Notes under the pieces: generated by a model
What the model was told of the DNA's origin: nothing
The model's database searches: none
Seen by the model: the letters and a program-made list of their open reading frames with translations, nothing else
In this document: in pieces, positions 1 through 10,026 of the stretch
How positions within the stretch are numbered: position 1 is the first letter of the stretch
Layout of the letters: each line of letters begins with the position of its first letter
Assembly (NCBI GenBank): GCA_938091905.1
Contig: CALKOM010000134.1
Span: 1-64,000 of the forward strand
Length of the DNA: 64,000 nucleotides
Direction: 5' to 3'
From: an uncultured Verrucomicrobiales bacterium
GTDB lineage: Bacteria > Verrucomicrobiota > Verrucomicrobiia > Verrucomicrobiales > DEV007
Program-made: the position numbers and the translations under genes

Positions 1-137
1 GCATCACGTCGGGAAAGATTGAAGGATTCAACAACCTTGTTTCAAGAGTGGTGCATCGGGCCTGCGGAATCACTAACATGGATTACGCATGGTTGAAATT
101 TCGGCAGCTCTCCATCCAGCAAACTTGACGGAGCGCC
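1..137 (+). mobile_element. Right end of an ISL3-family insertion sequence (cut by window edge)
   Basis: Transposase C-terminus followed by ...CAAACTTGACGGAGCGCC ending at 137 (reverse complement begins GGCGCTCC, like the GG-starting ISL3 termini), then AT-rich AATAAAAC as a possible 8-bp target duplication. Confidence 0.7.
3..128 (+). CDS. ISL3-family transposase, C-terminal fragment
   Basis: Own translation ITSGKIEGFNNLVSRVVHRACGITNMDYAWLKFRQLSIQQT*, matching the ISL3 pattern T-x-G-x-x-EG-x-NN...R-A-x-G-x-x-N. Confidence 0.8.
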   Translation: MTSGKIEGFNNLVSRVVHRACGITNMDYAWLKFRQLSIQQT

Positions 138-465
138 AATAAAACATTGGCCGATCCTTGCTATCATCGGCTGCTTTTCCTGGGCATCCTAGTCGCCAAG
201 AACTCAAATCAGCGCTCATCCCTGCCTAGATCAAACCAAGTGACCGTCATCGCGCGCAGGCACTAAAAAACTAGAGGCGTCTTGCCGAGCAACGTGTCCA
301 CTAAGAGGCCCTGGAGTTTCATTGGAAAGAGATCATCCAGCGACTGGGTTTGTAGGGCCTCAATCACTGTCAAAACGGAGGCCACTTACCCCAAAGTCTA
401 ACGACTTCAGCTACCTTTCCGTATGTTCAGCGCCTTCCGTGATTCTTACTTTCTCTTCGAACGAC

Positions 466-801
466 TCAGTCTGGGATCGCAAAGAGAAACATTCCAACCT
501 TCACACGTGCCAATGCGACAGGAATACCCACCAGAATAAGAAACAGACCGATCTCCACCGTCTGCTTCCATTGATGAGTTACCCTGACATGCAGATAAAA
601 GGCTCCCATCAATGGTAGGAACCAGAAAGTCGTGCGATCCGTGTCGGTATTCGCCCAACCATTCTCGAATACACGCAATCCAGAGACAGCCCCCAACGCA
701 AATAGCAAGGCCGCTACTAGGAGCTTCCAATAGAGGCCCTCATCGTCTCTTCGCTTCAAATTGAAAACGCGCACGCAATAAACTGGCAGTGCAAGTAGCA
801 A
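466..801 (-). CDS. Small hypothetical membrane protein (start uncertain)
   Basis: Several hydrophobic segments; co-oriented just downstream of the DUF368 gene; only a TTG start available. Confidence 0.35.
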   Translation of the reverse strand: MLLALPVYCVRVFNLKRRDDEGLYWKLLVAALLFALGAVSGLRVFENGWANTDTDRTTFWFLPLMGAFYLHVRVTHQWKQTVEIGLFLILVGIPVALARVKVGMFLFAIPD

Positions 802-841
802 TCCTAAGAGAAGTGCTTCGAAGACGATGAGCGACTGGAAC

Positions 842-1822
842 CTACCCCCCGTTCCCGGGCTCAGGCTTGTTGGCGAGGCTTTCCATCAAAACGACCAGCA
901 CAATCCCAACAACGATCAGCCCAATAGCAAACCAAGTTGTATTACTCATGTCAGGCAAATGCCACGTGTAACCCTCGACAACCGGACGCCCACTTGAACG
1001 AAGCACAGGCTCTCCATCGCCCCCAAGTTTAATCAGCTCTTTCTTCCAGGGCCAGATAATCATGAGCGAACCGGCAACAAATCCTGTCAAAAGCGCTACC
1101 GCAGCATCATGAAAGCGCTTGAAGAGCCAGGAGATAAAATGCGAGAATAAGATTAACCCTACAACAACGCCTACCAAGACAGGAAGAAAGATTCGTAATG
1201 GGCCGGCCAGCGCGGCGAAATCGAGAGATGTTGCCGACGAACGAATGTTGTTAACAGCTTCTAAAATTAGAAGATAATTCCCCATTAGGATAAGCACAAA
1301 GGAACCTGAGAGACCAGGAATGATCATACTACAAATGCCAACAACCCCACAGAGAATAAGGTAGATGAAACTAGAATTCTCGGCAGCAGGCTTCATCAGG
1401 CCAATGAAAACCGCAATTCCCACCCCCACGATTAAGGCAACGACTGGCCCAACCGCCCAACAACTAACAGTTTTCCCCACATAATAAATTGAAGCAAGGA
1501 TGAGCCCAAAGAAGAAAGCCCAAATCAGGGTAGGATGCTTTGCAAAGAGAAAGAGCAGTAGCTTTGCGAGACTTACGATGGAAATGACCACACCCAGTCC
1601 CAGTGGAAGCAAGAAACCACCATTGATGTGATTCCAGAACTCTTTGAACTTTCCTTTCGTGAGCAGCTGTAGCGCCACCACATCCAACGACTTCAGCGCA
1701 TTGATCAGTGTTTCAAAGATGCCAGTGATGAAGGCCACAGTACCTCCTGACACCCCAGGAATGACATTGGCTGCGCCCATAGCGTAGCCCTTCATGAAAG
1801 TGGATACGGCTGGAGGAATCAT
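842..1822 (-). CDS. DUF368-family membrane protein (putative undecaprenyl-phosphate translocase)
   Basis: Repeated motifs [19 protein letters not shown] and [20 protein letters not shown] at 1822 overlaps the sucB TGA (ATGA). Confidence 0.9.
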   Translation of the reverse strand: MIPPAVSTFMKGYAMGAANVIPGVSGGTVAFITGIFETLINALKSLDVVALQLLTKGKFKEFWNHINGGFLLPLGLGVVISIVSLAKLLLFLFAKHPTLIWAFFFGLILASIYYVGKTVSCWAVGPVVALIVGVGIAVFIGLMKPAAENSSFIYLILCGVVGICSMIIPGLSGSFVLILMGNYLLILEAVNNIRSSATSLDFAALAGPLRIFLPVLVGVVVGLILFSHFISWLFKRFHDAAVALLTGFVAGSLMIIWPWKKELIKLGGDGEPVLRSSGRPVVEGYTWHLPDMSNTTWFAIGLIVVGIVLVVLMESLANKPEPGNGG

Positions 1823-3063
1823 GCTTCGACTAACAAACGGGTGGGATCTTCGATGCATTCCTTCAATCGAACCAGGAAAGTGACAGCCTCTTTGCCATCG
1901 ACGATGCGGTGATCGTAGCTCAACGCGAGATACATCATGGGCCGAATGACCACCTTTCCATTCAAAGCAACCGGTCGCTGCTGAATCGTATGCATTCCGA
2001 GGATACCACTTTGCGGAGGATTGAGAATCGGCGTGCTCAGCATGGAACCATAAACGCCACCATTCGAAATGGTGAAGACCCCGCCCTGCAAATCGCTGAA
2101 GTCGATCTTCCCATCTCGGGCCTTGTTCGCATAATCGATGATACTGTGCTCGATCTCGGCGAAGCCCTTCTCGTCACAATCACGAATTACGGGAACAATG
2201 AGACCACGTTCCGTTCCCACCGCCACGCCAATGTCGAAGTAATGATTCAAAATCATGTCATCACCATCGATGCGACCATTGACTGAGGGAACACTCTTCA
2301 ACGCCTCGACTGCTGCCTTGATGAAGAACGACATGAAACCTAACTTGATCCCATACTTGGCTTTGAAAGATTCTTGCAAGGTCTTGCGCATGTTCATGAC
2401 CGCCGTCATGTCACATTCGTTGAACGTCGTGAGAATCGCAGCCGACTGCTGGGCGTTCACCAAGTGCGTTGCGATCTTCCGACGCAGTGGCGACATTTTC
2501 TTGCGGGTGAACCGACCTTCATCATCACTGACCTTGGGCTCAATGACGGGTTTCTTAAATACAGTTAATTCACGCGCCCCCTCACCTTCCTTAGCCAAGG
2601 TCAAAGCGGCTTCCACATCTGCTTTCGTGATGAAGCCTTTCCGTCCAGTGCCCTCAACTTTGGTCAGGTCGACGCCTTGCTCATCAGCAAACTTACGCAC
2701 CGTGGGCGAGACGCTGACACCCTCTGCAGAATTCTTCGATTCTTCCGTCGGAGCTGATTCCGCCTCGGACGTTGATAACGCCGGTTCGCCACCACTATCC
2801 TCAGAAGGGGCAGGAGCGGCTCCCACCCCTGCAGGATCGATGGTAGCAACAACCGCTCCAATTTCCACCTCCTCGCCTTCGTCCACCAAAATGTGAAGAA
2901 CGCCTGCAGACTCAGCTTCTAAGTCATTGCTGACCTTGTCCGTTTCTAAAGTCAGCAGGGTATCTCCTTGCTGCACGGTAGCGCCGTTCGCTTGGTGCCA
3001 CTTGGCAATGGTTCCGGTGGTGATGGACTCACCTACCGCAGGAATTCTAACATCGGCTGCCAT
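1819..3063 (-). CDS. sucB: 2-oxoglutarate dehydrogenase E2, dihydrolipoamide succinyltransferase
   Basis: Lipoyl motif ETDKVS, E3-binding [12 protein letters not shown], catalytic SYDHRIVDG; adjacent to sucA. Confidence 0.97.
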   Translation of the reverse strand: MAADVRIPAVGESITTGTIAKWHQANGATVQQGDTLLTLETDKVSNDLEAESAGVLHILVDEGEEVEIGAVVATIDPAGVGAAPAPSEDSGGEPALSTSEAESAPTEESKNSAEGVSVSPTVRKFADEQGVDLTKVEGTGRKGFITKADVEAALTLAKEGEGARELTVFKKPVIEPKVSDDEGRFTRKKMSPLRRKIATHLVNAQQSAAILTTFNECDMTAVMNMRKTLQESFKAKYGIKLGFMSFFIKAAVEALKSVPSVNGRIDGDDMILNHYFDIGVAVGTERGLIVPVIRDCDEKGFAEIEHSIIDYANKARDGKIDFSDLQGGVFTISNGGVYGSMLSTPILNPPQSGILGMHTIQQRPVALNGKVVIRPMMYLALSYDHRIVDGKEAVTFLVRLKECIEDPTRLLVEA

Positions 3064-3088
3064 ACGTTGAAAAAGCTAAGGTTGCTTG

Positions 3089-5860
3089 TTAGAGAGTAAA
3101 GGCTTGTTGCACGAGTTTCTTCTGCTCGAGTTTGTGAATGGTCTTGGCTCCAGTAGCAGGACTCGACGCACGATCGCGTCCTGCGTAGCGAATCTTGTAA
3201 GGGGTGAGCTTCTGCAAACGCGGCCCGATATAAGACCAAGCTCCCATGTTTAGAGGCTCTTCCTGGCACCACACCCACTTGTGCGCGTGCTCGTACTGCC
3301 CCACGACTTGCATCAGGCAATCTTGGTGCAGCGGGTAGAGCTGCTCAATCCGAATAATCACTGTGTCATCCAGCTCTTCCTTCGTGCGATGGGCCAACAA
3401 GTCATAGTAAACCTTGCCTGAGCAGAAGACGATACGATTCACATCGCCTGGCACACATGGTCGTCGATAATCATCGAGTATTTCATGGAAGTAAGTCCCT
3501 GTAGCCAAATCATCGACCGTCGACACGCACTCGGGCAAACCTAACAAACTCTTTGGAGTCATGAGCACGAGAGGCTTTGCAACCTCGCGTATCACTTGGC
3601 GCCGGAGAATGTGGAAATACTGAGCAGGTGTCGTCAGGTTTGCCACCTGCATGTTCTGATCTGCACAAAGCTGGAGAAATCGCTCAAGACGCGCACTAGA
3701 ATGCTCTGGCCCCATGCCCTCGTATCCATGAGGAAGGAGCAGCACAATGCGGCTCGGGCGCGACCATTTGGACTCTGCCGACGCAATGAACTGATCGATG
3801 ATCACCTGAGCGCCATTGGCAAAGTCTCCAAACTGAGCCTCCCACATGATGAGCATTTCAGGAGCCACCAGGGAGTAACCATAGTCGAATCCCAAGACCG
3901 CAGCCTCAGAGAGCAAACTGTTGTAAACACACATTTGTCCCTGATCCTCACTAAGATGCTGCAGGGCGATGTAGCGGTCGCGGGTCACCGTGTCATAGAG
4001 TACCGCATGCCGTTGGCTAAAGGTACCCCGACGACAATCTTGCCCAGACAAACGCACTGAATGTTTCTCTGTCAGGAGGGTACCAAAAGCGAGGGCTTCG
4101 GCAAAGGACCAATTGAACGGACCGCCTGCTTCGGCCGCCTCACGACGCTTGTCGAGAAAGCGCCGCTTCAACTTGTCGTGTACATGAAAGTCATCGGGCG
4201 TCTCAGACAGCTTCACGCCAATTTCACGCAAAGTGTCCACAGGCACCCCTGTCGAAACGGCATTGTAGTTAAAGTCCGGTTGATCGATCGCCGTCGACTC
4301 CATGTGGGGATGACCATCCCCGGATTGCTCAAGCTCCTTGAGCTCTCCTAACTCTTTCTCTAATCTAGACTCAAACTCCTGACTGATCGCTTCCAGCTCC
4401 GCCATCGTGAAATCACCCGCCTCTTGCAGCCGACGTCCATAGTGTTCGACGACCGAACCATGCTTCTTCAGCTTGCGGTAGACGAGCGGCTGAGTGAACT
4501 CGGGCTCATCACCCTCGTTGTGCCCATGGCGCCGATAACACACGACATCAATGATGACATCGCGGCCAAACTTCTGTCTAAACTCTAATGCTAACTCAGT
4601 TGCCCGCAGCACTTCTAGAGGATAATCTCCATTTACGTGGAAGACCGGCGCCTCAATCATCTTCGCCACATCCGTGCAATAATCTGAGGACCGCGCATCT
4701 TCGGGCATGGTGGTGAAACCAATCTGGTTGTTCACGATCAAATGCAACGTTCCCCCAGTTCGATAACCACGCAGCTGCGAAAGATTGAGTACTTCAGCAA
4801 CGAGTCCTTGGCCTGCGAAAGCCGCGTCACCATGGATGAGCACAGGCAATACCTTCTTCCTCTGCGCCGTATCACCTAATTGACGCTGTCGAGCGCGGGC
4901 CTTCCCCTCAACCACCGCATCGACGGCCTCTAAGTGACTGGGATTAGCAGAAAGCTTGATGTCCACCTTTTCATCCAAACTGTTCACCCTTTCGGACTCA
5001 TAGCCTAGATGGTACTTCACGTCGCCATCACCCGCGACTAGATTGGGTACGTAGTTCTGCTGAAACTCGTAGAGAAGCACTTTGAGTGACTTGCCCAGGA
5101 AATTCGCCAACACATTCAAACGCCCTCGGTGCGCCATCCCCATGAGGACTTCGTCTATGCCCAATGAAGGCCCATTCTCCAGAATGGTATCTAACGCTAC
5201 CATCAAGGACTCGCCGCCTTCCAGTGAGAACCGTTTCTCGCCAGGAAACTTCTTGTGAAGAAATCGCTCAAACGTTTCAGCTGCCGTCACTGCTCGGAAG
5301 GCTTGCTCTTTGGCGCTGGCATCGCGCGATTGAGACTGCAGCTGAGACTCGATATGATCACGCAACCAATTCCGCACTTCACGATTGTGAATGTGCATAA
5401 ACTCGAAGCCAATTTGTCCGCAGAAGACACGTTGCAATTCGGCACGCAACTCACGCAAAGACATGTATTCGCCATTCCGATAGTATTGACTGGCAACCGG
5501 GGTGTCTAGATCCTCTTGGGAGAAACCAAACTCTTCAATATCCAACGCCATGACATCAGGTGGCGCCTCTTCAAGTGGATTGATCCAAGCCGCGGTGTGA
5601 CCAATGGTTCGGTAGGCATAGACCATCGCACCGGTTTTGCCTCGGATAGTGAGTTCCTCATCCGAGGTGCTTTGCGCCGGAGTCGAACTCTTTGTCTGAG
5701 GATCCGTCACAGCTTTCCGCTTGAGCTGGGCCGAACCTAACTCGAACCCCTCAAAGAATGCGGCCCAGTTTTCGCCAACACTTGCCGGGTCGTTTTGCCA
5801 AGCAGTGTATTTCTCCTCCAAGAGATCCACATTCAAGCGCGGGGAAGCGGACGGTGTCAT
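3089..5860 (-). CDS. sucA: 2-oxoglutarate dehydrogenase E1
   Basis: KRFSLEGGE, GMAHRGRLNVL, GDVKYHLG, HGDAAFAGQG, WEAQFGDFANGAQ, GPEHSSARLERFLQ. Confidence 0.98.
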   Translation of the reverse strand: MTPSASPRLNVDLLEEKYTAWQNDPASVGENWAAFFEGFELGSAQLKRKAVTDPQTKSSTPAQSTSDEELTIRGKTGAMVYAYRTIGHTAAWINPLEEAPPDVMALDIEEFGFSQEDLDTPVASQYYRNGEYMSLRELRAELQRVFCGQIGFEFMHIHNREVRNWLRDHIESQLQSQSRDASAKEQAFRAVTAAETFERFLHKKFPGEKRFSLEGGESLMVALDTILENGPSLGIDEVLMGMAHRGRLNVLANFLGKSLKVLLYEFQQNYVPNLVAGDGDVKYHLGYESERVNSLDEKVDIKLSANPSHLEAVDAVVEGKARARQRQLGDTAQRKKVLPVLIHGDAAFAGQGLVAEVLNLSQLRGYRTGGTLHLIVNNQIGFTTMPEDARSSDYCTDVAKMIEAPVFHVNGDYPLEVLRATELALEFRQKFGRDVIIDVVCYRRHGHNEGDEPEFTQPLVYRKLKKHGSVVEHYGRRLQEAGDFTMAELEAISQEFESRLEKELGELKELEQSGDGHPHMESTAIDQPDFNYNAVSTGVPVDTLREIGVKLSETPDDFHVHDKLKRRFLDKRREAAEAGGPFNWSFAEALAFGTLLTEKHSVRLSGQDCRRGTFSQRHAVLYDTVTRDRYIALQHLSEDQGQMCVYNSLLSEAAVLGFDYGYSLVAPEMLIMWEAQFGDFANGAQVIIDQFIASAESKWSRPSRIVLLLPHGYEGMGPEHSSARLERFLQLCADQNMQVANLTTPAQYFHILRRQVIREVAKPLVLMTPKSLLGLPECVSTVDDLATGTYFHEILDDYRRPCVPGDVNRIVFCSGKVYYDLLAHRTKEELDDTVIIRIEQLYPLHQDCLMQVVGQYEHAHKWVWCQEEPLNMGAWSYIGPRLQKLTPYKIRYAGRDRASSPATGAKTIHKLEQKKLVQQAFTL

Positions 5861-5904
5861 GGACGAAACGATTCGGAGGGTTCTCCGATCACTCAAACGT
5901 TATT

Positions 5905-6597
5905 TCACGGAGATTTCTCTGCGCTCGGGATGTTCAGCAGCGGGCGCAGCAAGTCGGACCATGCCTTGTAACCTTCTTTGCTCAAATGAAGCCCATCTTT
6001 GGCAAAGAATCTCGCATCTGGTTTGCCATCAGCACCTAACAAGACCGGGGCAATGTCCAGGAAGCGCTCCAGGGGTTGCGATTCACAGCGTTTGGTCACG
6101 AAATCATTCGCCTTCTTCATCTCGGGCCAGAGTGCCCAGCGCTTGATGCTCGGCTTGATCGCGACAAAGATAATCGTGGTCTCGGGCAGTTTCTCATGCA
6201 CGGCTTCCGCGAATTTCACGTAATCGCCAAACACAGCCTCCGCCCTGAGTCCGCCACCGATATCGTTATCGCCCTCATAGAGAACAATCGTCCTCGGAGC
6301 ATAGGGAACCACAATCTTGTCCCGGTGATGGAGTACATCCTGAGTCCAAGACCCACCAAAGCCTCGATTGATCGTCTCCAGTTGGGGAAACCATTCCTTG
6401 GTGTCCCACATGCGTATGCTAGAGCTACCAACGAACAGAATGGCGCCTTTAGGCGGTGCTTCCTTGGCATCCGCTTCCAGAAACTTGGCAATTGCCTTGT
6501 CCCAGCGCTCCGGCTTCGGGCGCTTCACGGCTTCGTCTGCTAGAACAAAAGTCGTCATGAGAATGACGACCATGGCGAGAATGGGTTTCGGAATCAT
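5905..6597 (-). CDS. Secreted SGNH/GDSL hydrolase
   Basis: Signal peptide; FVGSSSIRMW, NRGFGGS, YEGDND, DGLHL blocks. Confidence 0.9.
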   Translation of the reverse strand: MIPKPILAMVVILMTTFVLADEAVKRPKPERWDKAIAKFLEADAKEAPPKGAILFVGSSSIRMWDTKEWFPQLETINRGFGGSWTQDVLHHRDKIVVPYAPRTIVLYEGDNDIGGGLRAEAVFGDYVKFAEAVHEKLPETTIIFVAIKPSIKRWALWPEMKKANDFVTKRCESQPLERFLDIAPVLLGADGKPDARFFAKDGLHLSKEGYKAWSDLLRPLLNIPSAEKSP

Positions 6598-6697
6598 GGG
6601 GAACCATAGCGCGACATCACGTTGTCGGGAAAGCCCAGAATTGCTTGAAGGAACAATTGTAGATGCCAATGCCAACACTGACGGCTAGACTACTGCC

Positions 6698-7615
6698 ATG
6701 AAAGGCGCGGTCACGGTGTTAGCCTCATTGAACATCGACCTCGTCGCCTCCGTGGAATCGTTGCCCGGTTCTGGAGAGACGGTTCAGGCAACGCAGCTTA
6801 CAAAGTTCTTTGGAGGTAAAGGCGCAAACCAAGCCGTCGCCGCAGCACGACAAGGAGCCGCCGTTTCCATGATTGGGTGCGTCGGCAATGATGCCGAAGG
6901 GCGCAACTATCAAAAACGTCTCCAAGTAGAAGGCATCGATGTCAGTGCGATTCGTCGCCATCACGAAGCGTTGAAAGGAACAGCTATGATCGGCGTCGAT
7001 GCCAAAGGAGAGAATCTCATCATGGTGGCACAGGGAGCCAACGGAAAGCTCACAGCCGGCTGGGTTCGAGAAAACCGACGAAGGATAGAAACGGCGGACT
7101 ACCGCCTCCTACAATTCGAAGTGCCGCGAGAAGCGATCCTCGAAGCCATCCAACTTGCCACAGCCGCTGAAGTCCCAGTCATCGTCAATCCCTCGCCCTT
7201 CGATCGTCACTTTCCATGGTTAACCGTAAAAGCCGACACCATCATCGTCAACGAGACAGAGGCGAAACGCCTCTTCAGCCTGTCGCCAAACAGCCTGAAC
7301 GCCCAATGCAGTCCATGGCTCAAAGCCATGCGGGCCCACGCAATTGATCAGCTCATCATTACGCGTGGCGTACGCCCCACCTTAGCACTTGTTAGAAAAA
7401 CCGAACTGTTCCTCGAAGTCCCAATGATAAAAGTCTCGCCAATAGACACCGGCGGCGCTGGCGACACAGTCGCTGGAACTCTAGCACCCGCACTTAGCAA
7501 CGGATTACCGCTAGAGCAGGCACTAACCCAGGCCAATACCGCCCGAGCACTCGCGACTCTTGCGCCTGGTGGCCAGGAAGCCATGCCCTCCGCTCAAGAC
7601 ATGCCCAGGCCGTAA
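6698..7615 (+). CDS. rbsK: Ribokinase / PfkB sugar kinase
   Basis: SLNIDL, GGKGANQAVAAAR, NETEA, DTGGAGD. Confidence 0.85.
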   Translation: MKGAVTVLASLNIDLVASVESLPGSGETVQATQLTKFFGGKGANQAVAAARQGAAVSMIGCVGNDAEGRNYQKRLQVEGIDVSAIRRHHEALKGTAMIGVDAKGENLIMVAQGANGKLTAGWVRENRRRIETADYRLLQFEVPREAILEAIQLATAAEVPVIVNPSPFDRHFPWLTVKADTIIVNETEAKRLFSLSPNSLNAQCSPWLKAMRAHAIDQLIITRGVRPTLALVRKTELFLEVPMIKVSPIDTGGAGDTVAGTLAPALSNGLPLEQALTQANTARALATLAPGGQEAMPSAQDMPRP

Positions 7616-7989
7616 CGGCTTTGGTCGACCTGACACACTCGTGGGAAACTGAACCATTGAGGTCACGCGACCCAAAGATTCTCGGGTGACATTCCTCCAA
7701 ATAAGTCTATCACTCATCTAAACACGGCATAAACATACAGCACTTTGGACTAGAAGGTAAGTTTTCCGATATAGGTAAAAGCAATCATCTGCCACTGCAT
7801 TGCCCAAGTTCGAGGCAGAACGTCTTTACGCAACCATCGGCAAGTGAACAAATTCGCCTACGTTTTCGCGCTGGCCTATTTCTAACAATACCAGGAGGTT
7901 ATTCGATCTCGTAGATGGATCCTTCCATGCCGGCGGACTATCACACCATCAAACAACCAAACCATGCCCCGAAAGGGGGGAAATGAGCG

Positions 7990-8395
7990 ATGAAACGCAA
8001 CACTTATCAACCTACTAAACAAGGCGACCTTGGCATCATCGCTCACGTAAATGCCAGAAAAAACCACGCTCACTGAGCGCATTCTCTTCTACACGGGCAA
8101 ATCCCAAAAGATGGGTGATGTACACCATGGAATTACCCAAATTAATACCGATCCATCCAAACGGAAGCATGAGATCGCTGTAAACTCTGCTGCGACTACC
8201 ATATCCTGGAACGAGCCTTCACTCTGCCTTATCGACACTCCTGGCCACATCGATTTCAATATCGATGTGAAGCGCCCACTGCGCGTGCTCGACGGTGCCG
8301 TCGTCGTCTTTGATACCGTAGCGGGAGTGGGACCACAGAGCGAGGCGGGCTTTCTGTGACTCGCTACTGACCAAGACCGCCACGCAGACAAACGA
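7990..8395 (+). pseudogene. fusA: Elongation factor G paralogue remnant (N-terminal part of G domain only)
   Basis: Frame 1 from ATG 7990 ...[11 protein letters not shown], +1 shift in the A6 run at 8058-8063, then [13 protein letters not shown]...IDTPGHIDF...[19 protein letters not shown], stop at 8359; remaining domains absent. Confidence 0.85.
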
Positions 8396-8470
8396 TCTAA
8401 CAACTATTCACCAGAGCTCACCAAACTTTCGTGTGTTCCGTGCCTTCCGTGATTCGTTTAACTTCAGAGA

Positions 8471-9841
8471 CTAAATAACCTCACGCTCGGGAAGTTCACG
8501 CACGATCTCGTCCACGCGATAGCCAAAGCCACTCCCACTCAGCGTCGCCAGATCGAGCTTTCCTTGGCGACGTTGATAGAGCCCTGGATGAACCTGCGCC
8601 TCAGCTAAGGAAGCCGCTGGGTAAAACTGCATTCCATTCGTTTCCACCCCCATGATCGTCCCCATTTCGTGAGCCAACCGGACATGCGGAACCTGCGCCA
8701 GCATGGGATTGGTGAGGTCCTGTACCATGAGCGTCATCCCGTGGGCACGCGCCCAGCAGGCACTGAGGAGCGCCCCAGTCTGGGTCTTACACGTCTTGAG
8801 CGCGACACCCGTCCAACCAAGTTCGCGACCGTGGCGTACTTCTTTCCAGTCGTGCGCGCTTTCGTCAAGAAACAAGGGCTTCCTTGAACTGACACTATGC
8901 ACATCGATAGGATGTTCTGACAGTTCATAGGGAAACGGCTGCTCCACGTAAAGCAGCATGCCGTAGAGGCGAGGTTGCAAGTCACGCAGCTTGTCTAACA
9001 AACGATTTACGTAATCGGGATCGGTGACCATGCAGTTAAAATCGGTTGTGAGCCACGTGCATCCTTTCGCGTGAGCGATGTTGCCCGTCTTGACCACCCG
9101 GTCATAGTCCCAATCAAAGTCGTTACCCCGTAGCTTGATCTTAAGACACATGAGCCCATCCGTTTCGATCCAATCGCCAAGCAAGACAGGATACTCATCG
9201 TCAGGCTCCGATCCTATGAGGTCTTCTTCGTCTAAAGGATCCACCCCACCAACAAGATGCCACGCAGAAATCTCTGGCCGCTTCTTTCCCTCAAAGTAAT
9301 CTTCCGGATAACGTCCCTTGAAGTCAACGGACACGCCCGCCGCAGGCGTGAGGAAGCTTGCAAGATCGCGATTCATCCATTTGCCGTTGTAGGTGTGATA
9401 GGTATCAACCTCGTGCAGATTGCCATAGGCATCATGCAGCGCGATATCGAAGAGCGAATTGCAAACGAGAGTCGCCAGCCACGGCATGCCTTCTGGCTGA
9501 AGAGTAGGTAGGCGTTCCTCAATGAACTCGTGGCCAACCTCCAACGGATGCCCCCATTGATCGAACCCTCTCCAAGCCGTCGCCAAGTCTCGACAGAGTG
9601 ACTTCAGGGCAGCATGCCGTTCCTCATAGGAGAGACTGCTGGGCCATACCCAAGTCACACTCAACGGAGTCTCTCCCCAGCCCACGGCCCGTTGGCCATC
9701 GCGGCCCTCAACTTCGATTCTGCAACGGGCACACGTGACATACTCGACCGTCTCGCCACCGAATTTCAACGGCATGCGTGTGTGAACAGGTAAGAAAAAG
9801 AGTTCAGCTCCTACAGGAAGGCAATCGGTGACGTGGCTCAT
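8471..9841 (-). CDS. Enolase-superfamily (mandelate racemase/muconate lactonizing-like) enzyme
   Basis: GWGE capping-domain motif, KIK, metal ligands TDFN / VEQP / LDES, second Lys in ALKTCK. Confidence 0.85.
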   Translation of the reverse strand: MSHVTDCLPVGAELFFLPVHTRMPLKFGGETVEYVTCARCRIEVEGRDGQRAVGWGETPLSVTWVWPSSLSYEERHAALKSLCRDLATAWRGFDQWGHPLEVGHEFIEERLPTLQPEGMPWLATLVCNSLFDIALHDAYGNLHEVDTYHTYNGKWMNRDLASFLTPAAGVSVDFKGRYPEDYFEGKKRPEISAWHLVGGVDPLDEEDLIGSEPDDEYPVLLGDWIETDGLMCLKIKLRGNDFDWDYDRVVKTGNIAHAKGCTWLTTDFNCMVTDPDYVNRLLDKLRDLQPRLYGMLLYVEQPFPYELSEHPIDVHSVSSRKPLFLDESAHDWKEVRHGRELGWTGVALKTCKTQTGALLSACWARAHGMTLMVQDLTNPMLAQVPHVRLAHEMGTIMGVETNGMQFYPAASLAEAQVHPGLYQRRQGKLDLATLSGSGFGYRVDEIVRELPEREVI

Positions 9842-10026
9842 GATAAAGGAAGCAGTTAGCCACCCTTCCGGTGCCCCTGGCAACGGGGAAATCCGCCTCA
9901 GGGGCGGCCCATAGCCCCTACGGGGCTGGTAAAGCAAGCCTTAAAAAACCATGGAAACTCGTTTGCTGCTCGTGAATTTCCCGGTAGGGGTAGCAGTCTC
10001 GAGTTCGTAATTTTGAGAATTTCAAC

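Noticed and set aside
2255..2896. Long antisense ORFs (also 10159-10890, 18015-18785, 36733-37485)
   Set aside because: Shadows of well-supported genes on the opposite strand, with no recognisable motifs
7620..7960. Possible tRNA-like or structured RNA upstream of the EF-G remnant
   Set aside because: No cloverleaf or TTCGA T-arm with an acceptor stem could be built by eye
7990..8016. MKRNTYQPT resembles the start of ribosomal protein L34 (rpmH)
   Set aside because: The frame continues into the EF-G GIIAH motif, and the Arg-rich HGFR body of L34 is absent
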